From Octopus sinensis (taxonomy: Eukaryota): a stretch of 55,846 bases of DNA. The first letter of the stretch is position 1, and every line of letters begins with the position of its first letter. The stretch spans positions 1 to 55,846 of the forward strand of contig NW_021835254.1 of the NCBI RefSeq assembly GCF_006345805.1, written 5' to 3'. Positions 1 through 11,447 of this stretch are shown one piece after another. A program made the translations under genes and the position numbers. Below the pieces are notes generated by a model, which searched no databases, had not been told where the DNA came from, and saw only the letters and a program-made list of their open reading frames with translations.

Positions 1-159
1 AAAAGCGAATGACGTTGTTACGTCACAACGATAAAACGCCATCCCGCACGTCACCGACTTGCTTTGGTTGGATCGAGTAATGAATACCGGTTTGAGCACT
101 ACCACAACAACCATCACACCGCCGACAATAACCCTACCAACAACCAACACCAGCATCAC

Positions 160-310
160 TGTCGCTGCCGTTACGGCCGCTCCCGCTGCCGCCGCCGCCG
201 CTCCCGCTGCCGCCGCCGCCGCTCTCGCGGCTGCCGCTGCCGCTGACGCCGCCGTCGCCGACGCCGCTGCCACCGCCACTACCGCTACCGCCGCTGCCTC
301 TGCTGCCGCC
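160..310. repeat. Degenerate GC-rich (GCC/GCT)n trinucleotide tract
   Basis: gccgccgctgccgcc runs read directly; the poly-Ala ORF is a by-product. Confidence 0.8.
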
Positions 311-454
311 CCCTCTCGTGATTAAAGCACATTAAAAATATTGGTCGTATTTAACATGTCATTAAATTCGAGGCAATTTGCTGTTAAGATATTGAATAAC
401 TCAACTAATTGACTCTCTACCTTGACCTCCTCCTCCTCTTCCCCCTCCTTCCTC

Positions 455-456
455 TG

Positions 457-489
<33 letters not shown>

Positions 490-690
490 TAATAATAATA
501 ATAATAGTAGTAGTAGTAGTAATAATAAAATAATAATAATAATATATTAATAATAATATAATAATAATAATAATAATATAATAATAATAATAATAATAAT
601 AATATAATAATACTAAATAATAATAATAATAATAATGTTGATGATGATGATGAGGAGGAGGACGATGATGATGGTGATAATAATAAAATA
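455..690. repeat. Compound (AAT)n/(AGT)n/(GAT)n microsatellite
   Basis: Read directly. Confidence 0.95.
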
Positions 691-989
691 CTCGTATTGT
701 TTTTTGTTTTTTGTTTTTTGTTTTCTTTTCTAAAGATATGAAATAACAGGAATGGTAAAAAACCAAGAACAGCAACAATGAAGGTTGAACAAGTGCAAGA
801 AACAGCAGCAGAATCTCCCTGAAATTACGGCTTACGTTGTTTACAAGACTCGGGATGCATTGAAGGATACAACCCTAGATAGAGACACACGTAATAACTG
901 GAAAACGAAACAAAGTAAAACAGAATGGTCACGTATGGAAAGCCTTTGATCACAAATCTGCTCGAGCAGAGTTGACCTACAACAAAAGC

Positions 990-1060
<71 letters not shown>

Positions 1061-1061
<1 letters not shown>

Positions 1062-1435
1062 GAGGCCAGGAGTGGCTGGTGTGGTAAGTAGCTTGTTTAC
1101 CAACCACATGGTTCCGGGTTCATCGTCCCACTACGTGGCACCTTGGGCAAGTGTCTTCTACTATAGCCTCGGGCCGACCAATGCCTTGTGAGTGGATTTG
1201 GTAGACGGAAACTGAAAGATGTGTATGTGTATGTATGTGTTTGTGTGTCTGTGTTTGACCCCCTAGCATTGCTTGGTGTGTTTATGTCCCCGTCACTTAG
1301 CGGTTCGGCAAAAGAGACTGATAGAATAAGTACTGGGCTTACAAAGAATAAGTCCCGGGGTCGAGTTGCTCGATTAAAGGCGGTGCTCCAGCATGGCCGC
1401 AGTCAAATGACTGAAACAAGTAAAGAGTAAAGAGT
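1061..1435 (+). mobile_element. tRNA-derived SINE, family A, near full length, between (TA)n runs
   Basis: A-box-like tggct..gtggt, B-box-like ggttca, CORE-like 'ccttgggcaagt', (gagtaaa) tail. Highly similar to 34394-34802. Confidence 0.85.
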
Positions 1436-1452
1436 ATATATATATATATATA

Positions 1453-1720
1453 GGGAGAGCTCACGAAAAAAAAAGAACAAAAGACGAAGACAGGTGGTGT
1501 ATAAAACAAACAGATGTATTAGTATAACGCTCAGGAATAGAAAAAGTCTTTTACGTTTCGAGCCTACGCTCTTCTACAGAAAGGGACATAGAAAAAAAAA
1601 CAAGGAGAGAAAAAAATGTGTGTAGTGGCTACCGATCTATCATGGCGACTGCCGGACAGAAGGTTCACAAAGGAGAGTGAAGAAGTAAGGGAGATAACAA
1701 AGTAAAAATGACCCGCCCCA
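1453..1720 (-). mobile_element. Dispersed repeat, probably a Penelope-like terminal repeat, carrying a hammerhead-like motif
   Basis: The block 'aagacgaagacaggtggtgt..aacagatgtattagtataacgctcaggaa..tttcgagcctacgctcttctacagaaaggg' recurs at about 28466-28715 and 30363-30503. Confidence 0.6.
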
Positions 1721-1954
1721 AAAAAACAAAGGTGCGTGTGTGTATAAGAGAGTATGTATGTGCGTGTGAAGGAGGGCTGGTGGTTTTAACGTGTGCGTGT
1801 AGGTGTGTGTAGGTGTGAAAATGTGGGGATGGGAATTGGTCAGTGCTGGTGTGTGGGTGGTGTGTTGCGATGTGATGTGTAGTGTGGCATGGTGAAGTGT
1901 GGTGTGGTGTGGTGTGATGTTGTTGGGAGGTGGGGGAGGCGAGAGTGGTGTAAG

Positions 1955-2332
1955 CACGGGTGGGGTGTGGGTTAGGCTGAGGGTTGGGGTATGTGGGTAT
2001 ATCGAGTGAGCGAACGTGAGGGCAGTGGCTCAATCTGCTTGAAATAGTAGCACACCTTCAAATGACAGTACAACGTCTTCAAAATGGACTCATGTATTGC
2101 CTTATGTGGTCGTGGTTATGGCCAGAGCACCTTTCATTTCGGGTTTGCTAGACCAGGTGCTCTGGCCATAACCCCGACCACATAAGGCAATACATGAGTC
2201 CATTTTGAAGACGTTGTCCTGTCATTTGAAGGTGTGCTACTATTTCAAGCAGATTGAGCCACTGCCCTCACGTTCGCTCACTCGATCTACCCACATACCC
2301 CAACCCTCAGCCTAACCCACTCCCCACCCGTG
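1955..2332. repeat. Long palindrome: 178-bp arms (1955-2132, 2155-2332), 22-nt spacer
   Basis: Arms are reverse complements with 4 mismatches by manual comparison. Confidence 0.95.
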
Positions 2333-2377
2333 ACTAAAAATCCTAACAATAACCTCAACAGTATAAATCTTAGAAAA

Positions 2378-2407
2378 ACAACAACAACAGCAGCAGCAAC
2401 AGCAGCA

Positions 2408-2449
<42 letters not shown>

Positions 2450-3105
2450 ACAATAAAAGTGATGTTGATGATGGTGATGACCATGGAAATGATGATAATT
2501 ATGATGATGGTAATGATGATGATGATGATGACGACGGTGATGAATATGACGATGCTGAAAACAGTGATAATGACGATGATGATGACGGGAGTGATGATGA
2601 TAATGATGGTGGTGATGGTGGTGATGGTGGTGGTGATGGTGGTAATGGTGGTGGTGATGGTGGTAATGGTGGTGGTGAAGGTGGTAATGGTGGTGTGATG
2701 GTGGTGATGGTGGTGATAATGATGATGATGATGATGACGGGAGTGATGATGATAATGATGGTGGTGATGGTGGTGATGATGGTGGTGATGATGGTGGTGA
2801 TGGTGGTGGTGATGGTGGTGATGGTGGTGGTGAAGGTGGTGATGGTGGTGTGATGGTGGTGATGATGGTGATAATGATGATGATGATGACTGGAGCGATG
2901 ATGATAATGATGGTAGTGGTGGTGGTGATGGTGGAGATGGTTGTGGTAATGGTGGTGATGGTGGTGATGAAGGTGGTGATAATGATGATGATAATGATGG
3001 TAGTGGTGGTGATGGTGATGATGGTGGTGATGGTGGTGATGAAGGTGGTGATGGTGGTGATGAAGGTGGTGATGGTGGTGGGGAGGTGGTGATAATGATG
3101 ATAAT
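2378..3105. repeat. Compound (CAG/CAA)n then (GAT/GGT)n trinucleotide array
   Basis: Read directly; it generates the M/V, H and T/I low-complexity ORFs. Confidence 0.95.
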
Positions 3106-3586
3106 CATTAGGAATGAGAGCGAGTGAGGAATGAGAGCGAGTGAGGAGAGGGATGAGAGAGAGAGAGAGAGAGAGAGAGGAGAGGGGGGGGGTTGCAGAG
3201 TTGGAAGTAAATGCAGACGGAGGATGATAATGTTGATACGGTAAATGATACGCTATCGCTGATATTAATGTTGACAACGACACGACGACGACGACGGTGA
3301 TGGGTGGTGGTGGTGGTAGTAGTAGTGGTGGTGGCTACAGTTATTTGTAAAATATTAATGATAGCAAAGTAATCAACGCAACCTGAGGAATAAACAACAA
3401 CAACAACAACAACAAAAACAACAATATAAACACAGGAACAAAAGGAAAAAACAAAACAAGCCAACAAAAAAGAAAGCAAAAACAAGGTAAACCAAATTAA
3501 ATCATGAATAGAGTAGATTAATATTAACGAAAAATATAATGATAAGGATAAAGGGAGCACAGTTGTTGTCGTCGTTGTTGTTGTTG

Positions 3587-3638
<52 letters not shown>

Positions 3639-3644
3639 GATTGA

Positions 3645-4105
3645 GTGTGAGAGCAGTGCATGCCCCATCAAAGTGACACTGGGGTAAAATATACGAAGCC
3701 CAGTATACCCATCATGACTACCCGTCTGATAAGGGTACACCAGGCACATGCATCACAACCATATGTGCGCGACATGGTGATCTCATATCAAGATAAACAG
3801 TACATGACGTTGCAGGTGGGACCCAGTTAGAATTTTCTTCAGGTCGTGTAACCCATCCCGCTCAAAAGGTCCCTGAATAAGGGTTGTTTAAGGATGCTGA
3901 ACGAAAGAACCCATGTTTCCAGATCTGAATTATTCAAACCCCAAAGATTTCCTCCCAACTCATCGCTATGATATTCTTCCACTACTTCTGCTCGTGATCA
4001 GAGATGTACATATCGTCTGACACCAAGGGACATTCTCAACTGACAAACAAATCTGTGGTATTGAGCAGAATATTTGCTGTAGGCCTTCTTTTATACCAAG
4101 GCAAG
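3645..4105 (-). mobile_element. 3' part of a non-LTR retroelement or SINE with (AAT)n tail, copy 1
   Basis: About 460 bp homologous to 4222-4715, and preceded on + by (ATT)n. Confidence 0.6.
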
Positions 4106-4114
4106 TCATGTACA

Positions 4115-4219
<105 letters not shown>

Positions 4220-4221
4220 GA

Positions 4222-4715
4222 ACGAGAGAGCAGTGCATGCCATCAAAGTGATACTGAGGTAAAACATACGAAACCCAGTATACCCATCATGACTACCCGT
4301 CTGATAAGGGTACATCAGGCACATACATCACAACCATATGTGCGCGACACTGTGATCTCATATCAAGATAAACAGCGTATGACCTTGCAGGTGGGGCCCA
4401 GATAGAATTTTCTTCAGGTCGAGTAGCCCATCCTGCTCAAAAGTTCCAATAATAAAGGTTATTTAAGGATGTTGAACGAAACACCCATGTTTCCAAGGGT
4501 GAATTATCCAAACCCTAAAGAATTCCTCTCAGCACATGGCTGTGATGCTCCCCCACTACTTCTGCTCGTAATCAGAGATGCACATATTGTCAGCTCCTAA
4601 GGGACATGCTCAACTGGTTAAGGTCAAACAGCTGATAAGCAATTTGATAACACTTCCAATCAATTAAGATCAAAAGCCATGAGATTCCCTGCCTGGCACT
4701 GCATCAGGGCATTTA
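4222..4715 (-). mobile_element. Same element, copy 2, between (ATT)n runs
   Basis: 'gagagcagtgcatgccatcaaagtga..cccagtatacccatcatgactacccgtctgataagggtaca' is shared with copy 1. Confidence 0.6.
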
Positions 4716-4742
4716 TTATTATTATTATTATTATTATTATGA

Positions 4743-4813
<71 letters not shown>

Positions 4814-5469
4814 GCTGTTGTTGTCGCTGTTGCCTTACTATCCAGCCTTCTTCTTTCCTGCACTTCATCACCCCACCACCACCATTCCCTCCCCCTCCTC
4901 CTCCTCCACCTCCTTATCATCAGCATCACCGTAGACATCGTATCGTATTCAGTATATTCTTAATTCTTTCTATTGCTAATTCCACAGATCAAGTATTCAA
5001 TAACTCTCACCCTTCCCTGAAAAAAATGAAATAAATAAAAAAAAACTCTCTCAAACAAGCCAGTCACGCCCACTTGCAAATATCCAAAAATAACAAAATA
5101 CCAAAAACAAAATTTTATAAAATATATCAACAAAATAAAATCGAGACAAATACACCAGAAAAAACGACCGACAAAATATATCAAATTTTCAAACAGTCAC
5201 CATTGAAGCAGGATAGCCAGCACACGTCTATAGCACTTCTAGACACCATACACTTACAACATTTCGACAACCATGAAACACCTCCATTGCTTCTACACCA
5301 CATTAGCCGCCATTTTTAACACTTTAGAATCGTCTTAATAATTAACAACTATCGGTCAGGAAAAATTGTTCTTGTTGCTGTTGCTGTTGTTGTTGCTGTT
5401 GTTGTTGTTATTCATGTTCTTGTTGCTGTTGTTATTGTTGTTGTTGTTGTTGTTGTTGTTGTTATTCTT

Positions 5470-5555
5470 CGACGGAATTTGAACTCAGAAGCAACGGCAG
5501 ACGAAATACCGCTAAGCATTTCGCCCGGCGTGCTTAACGATTCTGCCAGCTCGCC
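5470..5555 (-). mobile_element. SINE family B, 5' fragment
   Basis: 'ggaatttgaactcagaa..gacgaaataccgctaagcatttcgcccggcgtgc..ctgccagctcgcc' is the reverse complement of the head of the 15716 copy. Confidence 0.75.
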
Positions 5556-5909
5556 AACCACCAATATCACGTCATCATCCACATCCTCTTGAATATCATC
5601 AACGTTTTAGTCGCCATCATTATTATTAATTCTCCTCCTCCTCCTCCTCGTCGTCCTCCTCCTCGTCGTCGTCCTCCTCCTCCTCGTCCTCATCATTTAC
5701 CTCGTTGATGTAGTAGTTTTGTCGTTTTTTAAAAATTTTGTTTCGAGCTTTTACTGTATAAACGAACAGACTTCTCTCTTTTCCTTACGCATGCGCACTG
5801 ATTAATTTTTTAGTTTTTTTTTGCCTTCCGTTCTAAGCACTCAATGTCGTGTATACAATGTATTGTAGTGTTAGTTTATGGAAGTTATGTGGGGTAGAGA
5901 GAGAGAGAG

Positions 5910-5944
<35 letters not shown>

Positions 5945-6189
5945 TATATATTATATATTCATATACATATATATGCATGTATATATGTGTATGCGTGCGT
6001 ATACATACATATATGTGTATGTGTTTATATATTTATATATATTATTTGTACGTTATACATGTGTGTGTGTGTGTGTGTGCGTATATGTGCTACGCTGGTT
6101 GTGTATTTGCCGGCTATACCTTTAAGCGATTCCTAAATCACCATCACCACCACCACTTCCATCATCATCATCATCATCATCACCATCAC

Positions 6190-6246
<57 letters not shown>

Positions 6247-6251
6247 TATTA

Positions 6252-6480
6252 GAACTGTATTTGTTTCCAAACCTGGACCATTCTGTTTATCTCTATTTCC
6301 CAGAAAAAGCGTTTGCATTCGGATAATTTCTGCAATTCTATGAAAAGCTGTATTGTTGTCTGTTGGAACTGATATGGCCGTTGAGAGCCATTTCCTTTCC
6401 TGAGGCTCTTTTGATAACAATATCGGGAGGATATGCCTTAATCTCCCTGGCAGTGTAAATCAACATGCCCTGGAGGATCA
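6252..6480 (-). pseudogene. Frameshifted restriction-like endonuclease (RLE) fragment of an R4/Dong-like non-LTR retrotransposon
   Basis: Minus-strand peptides 'IYTAREIKAYPPDIVIK' and 'ERKWLSTAISVPTDNN' match the recalled pattern TDREIKANRPDIVI..D(M/I)SVP.DNN. Confidence 0.65.
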
Positions 6481-6492
6481 ACGTCATCGTCG

Positions 6493-6548
<56 letters not shown>

Positions 6549-6600
6549 GTCATCATCATCGTCGTCATCATCATCATCATCATCATCATCATCACCGTCG

Positions 6601-6648
<48 letters not shown>

Positions 6649-6668
6649 CCGTCGTCATCATCATCATA

Positions 6669-6707
<39 letters not shown>

Positions 6708-6759
6708 GTCATCATCATCGTCGTCATCATCATCATCATCATCATCATCATCACCGTCG

Positions 6760-6812
<53 letters not shown>

Positions 6813-6828
6813 GTCATCATCATCGTCG

Positions 6829-6870
<42 letters not shown>

Positions 6871-7452
6871 CCGTCGTCATCATCATCATATTCATCATCA
6901 TCATCATCATTGACATCATCATCATCATCATCATCATCATCGTCAGTATCACCATCATCATCATCATCATCGTCATCATCATCATCATCACCATCACCAC
7001 CATCATGATCATCATCACCATCACCATCATGACCACCATCACCACCACCACTACCACCACCATCATCATCATCATCATCATCATCGTCATCATCATCATC
7101 ATCCTCATCATCGTCGTCATCGTCATCATGATCATCATCATTATCATCACCATCATCATCATCATCCACACTATCATCATCATCACACCGATACCATCAT
7201 GATCATAATCATGATCATGGTTATGATGATGACGACGATGCTGATGCTGATGATGATGATGATGATGATCATCATCATCATTATCATTATTGTAGTTGTT
7301 GCCGTTGTTGGTACAGCTATTCTTACTATTGCTACTGCTGGTGTCGTCGTTTTTATTACTATTATTTTTACTATTGTTGTTGTTACTATTATTATTATTA
7401 TCATTAATATACATTATTATTAATATTATTATTATCATTATTATTATTATTA

Positions 7453-7499
<47 letters not shown>

Positions 7500-7546
7500 T
7501 TTAATAATATACATTATTATTATTATTATTATCATTATTATTATTA

Positions 7547-7600
<54 letters not shown>

Positions 7601-7635
7601 TATTATTATTATTAATATACATTATTATTATTATT
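6480..7635. repeat. About 1.15 kb compound (ATC/GTC/ACC)n grading into (ATT)n
   Basis: Read directly; source of the poly-M/D/I ORFs. Confidence 0.95.
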
Positions 7636-7827
7636 CCATCGATTGCAATTGCATTTAAAATTTAACTTTTTCTTTAAATTTAAGTTAAACTCTGTTGACA
7701 TCTTTTGTTTGTTTTGAATCTTTTGTTAACATTTCCGGAAGAAGTGTTGAAACAAAATATGTTCAAAATGTTGCAACTCGTGAAAAATATCAAATATTTG
7801 TTATTCTGCTTGTTTTTGAGTAGAATG

Positions 7828-7925
7828 TTTAACAACATGGCTGCAGCGGAGGTAGCAAAAGATGGCTGCCGTGGAGGTAGCAAAATATTTAACAACATGG
7901 CTGCCGTGGAGATAGCAAAAAAGAT
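7828..7925. repeat. Short imperfect tandem repeat, 3 x ATGGCTGC.G.GGAG.TAGCAAAA
   Basis: Three near-identical cores of about 24 bp. Confidence 0.8.
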
Positions 7926-8764
7926 TTGACAATGTGACTACTGAGGAAGTAGTGACAGGCAATACCGATCACGATGGTAGCGGCGTTCCAGATTAATATT
8001 TTGTATGCCTTTGATGTTACAAGCAATACTGAAAATGTTGAAATTAGCTCAAATATGCTAAGCACGCACAACAAGAACAGCAAGAAGATAACAGAAGCAC
8101 TAACACAAACAAAATGGCGTGCCTTGTAACAATATCAACGGCAATAACGTTAATGAACAGAATATAATGAGAAATAACGACAGAAACAAAACAAAAACAT
8201 GGAGTCTCTCCATAAAACCAGGTTTGTAAATGCCGGAAGCGTCATGTTTGCTGTCAGACTTGAATTTATTGTTAAAAAATAAAAATAAAAGAAGAAAATT
8301 TTATGAAATTCGCCAGGAAGAGGATATGTGTTATATTTCTGAAACAGTTGAGAAGAAATGAAGGGAAAACCCCCAAGATATGACTCTTTATAAAGCTGCA
8401 GGGTCCATCGAAGAAAATATGTATGGAATATAATTTGGCTTCCACCAAATAAGTGACAATCTTTCTTACGGATTAGTCAAACATGATGTAAGAAAAAAAA
8501 AAAAGAAGGCATTGAAAATATTTTACGAGAGATAGATGTTTGGGTTTCTCTACAAATGGAAATGATTTATTAATTTGAATGTTGATAATGATAGAGTCTG
8601 ATCCTTCTATCAAATATTTTGGAGGAACTGATTCGGTGTAATCAGTTATGGATGAATGTGAAGGACAGGTTCGGAGGGAATTTGTATTTTGAAATGTAGG
8701 TGAGGCCAGAGGAACAGAAGAATAAAGTGAGTGTGGGAGAGAGAGAGAGAGAGAGAGAAAATGG

Positions 8765-8799
<35 letters not shown>

Positions 8800-9024
8800 T
8801 GAGAGAGTGGGAGATCGATTTCGGATACTGTAACGTAAAAGAGTCCGAATAGTGGGATAGTGGTGATGTAGGAAGCCTTGATCTTTCAGATATGAAGAAC
8901 ATTTGCCATGGTTGTTGTTGTTGCAACTGAAATTAGATGAGTGTCAGTTTGCTCCAGCTGATACACAACAGAGATGTGTCTGCTTTCGTGAACGACAATA
9001 TTGCTTGGCTTCTCCGAACTTGAA

Positions 9025-9165
9025 GTAGTTTCCATCCACTAGATCCACTCACGAGGCTTTTGTCGGCCCGAGGTCATAGAAAAAGACATTTGTCCAAAGT
9101 GTCGCGCAGTGGGACTGAACCCGAACCCATGCGGTTGGGAAGCAAACTCCTTACCACACAACTAC
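9025..9165 (-). mobile_element. SINE family A, 5' fragment
   Basis: 'cgcagtgggactgaacccgaacccatgcggttgggaagcaaactccttaccacaca' is the reverse complement of the family A head. Confidence 0.75.
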
Positions 9166-9494
9166 GATTGCTCAGTGTCATTTACAATAGCCCTTCACTG
9201 TTTGTTTTTTTTTGTTTTTTGCGAATTTTGAGAACGTCGGAACACGAAGAAAATCATTGCAAGTGAGAATGGCAATTGTCTTTAATCAATTAAGATTGGA
9301 TTATTGCACTGAAGAAAGGAAAAAAAGGACGACAACAATGAGACGAAAACAACAAAAGAAACAATGGTAACAACAAAAGAATAAAACGAAAACGAAAAAA
9401 GTAGAGAAAAGAAGTGAAACGCAACAAAAACAAACAATGCAACAGTAAATAATAAAATAAATTAAAAACGAGAAAGAAAATGGTGAGAATGATA

Positions 9495-9528
<34 letters not shown>

Positions 9529-9657
9529 CGATGATACGTGAAGATGGCGGTCAAGAGAGAAAGTATTGTTTTAAAGGAGGTCTTCTTTTTCAAGATTCCG
9601 ATGGTCGATGGGATTTAATGATTCATTGAGAAACTTGTTTTATTGAGTGACATTGAG

Positions 9658-9690
<33 letters not shown>

Positions 9691-9734
9691 CATAATATCG
9701 TTTGACGAATATGTGATTGTGGGTTGTGGTGTTG

Positions 9735-10142
9735 GTCGTCATAATCCTAATCATCATTTTCATCATCGTCATCATCATCGTCGTTATCGTCGGCAACATC
9801 ATCGTTGTCATCATCGTCCTTGTTGCCATCATCATCATCATCACTTCGTCGTCATATTCATTATCGTCGTCAATATATTCATTTTTGTCGTCGTTATCGT
9901 CATCGTCATTATCGTCGTCATCGTCCTCATCATCATCCTCATCATCGTCATCATCACAGCCCTCATAGCCAACTCCATCGCACATCCTTCTCCTCTCTCC
10001 CTCACTCTCCTCTTTCCCTCTTTCCTCTTTTCCTCCTCCTCATCTCTCTCATTATCATCCTCCTCATGCTCCTCATCATTATAACCATCATAACCACCAC
10101 CACCACCATTATCATCATCATCATCATCATCATCATCCGTCG

Positions 10143-10197
<55 letters not shown>

Positions 10198-10198
10198 T

Positions 10199-10242
<44 letters not shown>

Positions 10243-10320
10243 GATCATCATCATGATCATCATGATCATCATGATCATCATCATGATCATCATGATCATG
10301 ATGATCATCATCATCAGCAG
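9735..10320. repeat. Degenerate (ATC/GTC)n tract ending in (CATGATCAT)n
   Basis: Read directly. Confidence 0.9.
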
Positions 10321-10735
10321 CGGTAATAGAAATAGCAACCAAATCGCATCACACTCTGCAATAGGAAGAATACTTCTGTGCTCTTTGGCTGTGTGAGGAT
10401 CACACCGGAAGCCTCCTACTCCCCCGCTTACATTTTTTTCACTGATTTGTTTTCTCTGTGAAAAATTTATTGAGTGCAACAACAATAGCTGTTCAATAGG
10501 TTTCTACAACAAATCAATGCCTACAACTGATTGAAAAGACATCTCTCCTCTTTTCAGATGGATTGAAAATATTTGCTCCAGACGAACGCAAAATATTTGC
10601 TTGTTCCGCTCTTTGCTTTACTTCTTTCTTTTTCGCTTTCTTTCTTTCTCTCTTTCTTTTTCTTTTTTTTCCATTTGTTTGTTTGCTTTGTATCTTCGTT
10701 TGTTTTCTTCGTTATTGTATTTCTTTGTTTTTCTT

Positions 10736-10769
<34 letters not shown>

Positions 10770-11447
10770 TTCATCCTTCTTTTCTTTCTACTTTTTAATA
10801 TTTCTATTGTTCCATCTTTTACAACGCGTATTTGAAAAAACTAAACACATACAATGTGCAAACATATGCAGTCACACACACATACACACACTCACACACA
10901 CACACACACACACACACACAGGCACACACAGGCACGCACACACAGACACCCACGCACGCACACACGCATAGGCATTCACAAACAAACGCAATATACAAAC
11001 CTATACAGACACACAAGCAGATACACACGCACACATAACATACAATCATACACAGACAAACAATATAGAAACATATACACACACACACACACACACATAC
11101 AAAAACACACAGATACACACATGGTAAAGTGTCACCTTCAAACGAGGGTGGAGGAAGGGGAGGGGGAGAGGACGGGGAAGGAAGGGCAGAAGGCAGAGGG
11201 AGAGGGATGGGAAGTGCCAAAAATATTAAATTGTAATAAAGCATTAAAGAAATTCGATACTTCAGGTGATTGAATATTAATATACGGTACTTTGCAAAAC
11301 TTAAACGGTACTAACCGGCTTTGTACTGTACTCCACGGTACTTTAGGTGACTGACACTAGTGTACGATACTTTATTATGTTAATGGTACTCTAACGGTGT
11401 TGATGGAACTTTGCCTGACTGAATGTTTACATACAACACTGTATCGC

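Noticed and set aside
59-325. Poly-Ala antifreeze-like ORF
   Set aside because: Non-ATG start and a degenerate GCC repeat, with no other support.
2287-3283. His/Pro/Thr/Cys-rich ORFs
   Set aside because: Translations of (GGT/GAT/CAG)n repeats, open in several frames on both strands.
5257-5291. Possible next SCYL2 exon (KQWRCFMVVEML|gtaagt)
   Set aside because: Poor acceptor, too short, and only a three-residue resemblance.
6338-7456. 372-aa poly-Met, 243-aa poly-Asp and poly-Ile ORFs (e.g. acidic biomineral or reflectin-like protein)
   Set aside because: All are frames of one (ATC)n microsatellite that lacks stops. There is no splice or domain support and no reflectin motif.
8780-8926. Possible terminal exon (tttcag|LQQQQPWQMFF..)
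   Set aside because: Acceptor-like site only; no similarity to SCYL2 and it runs into (CT)n.
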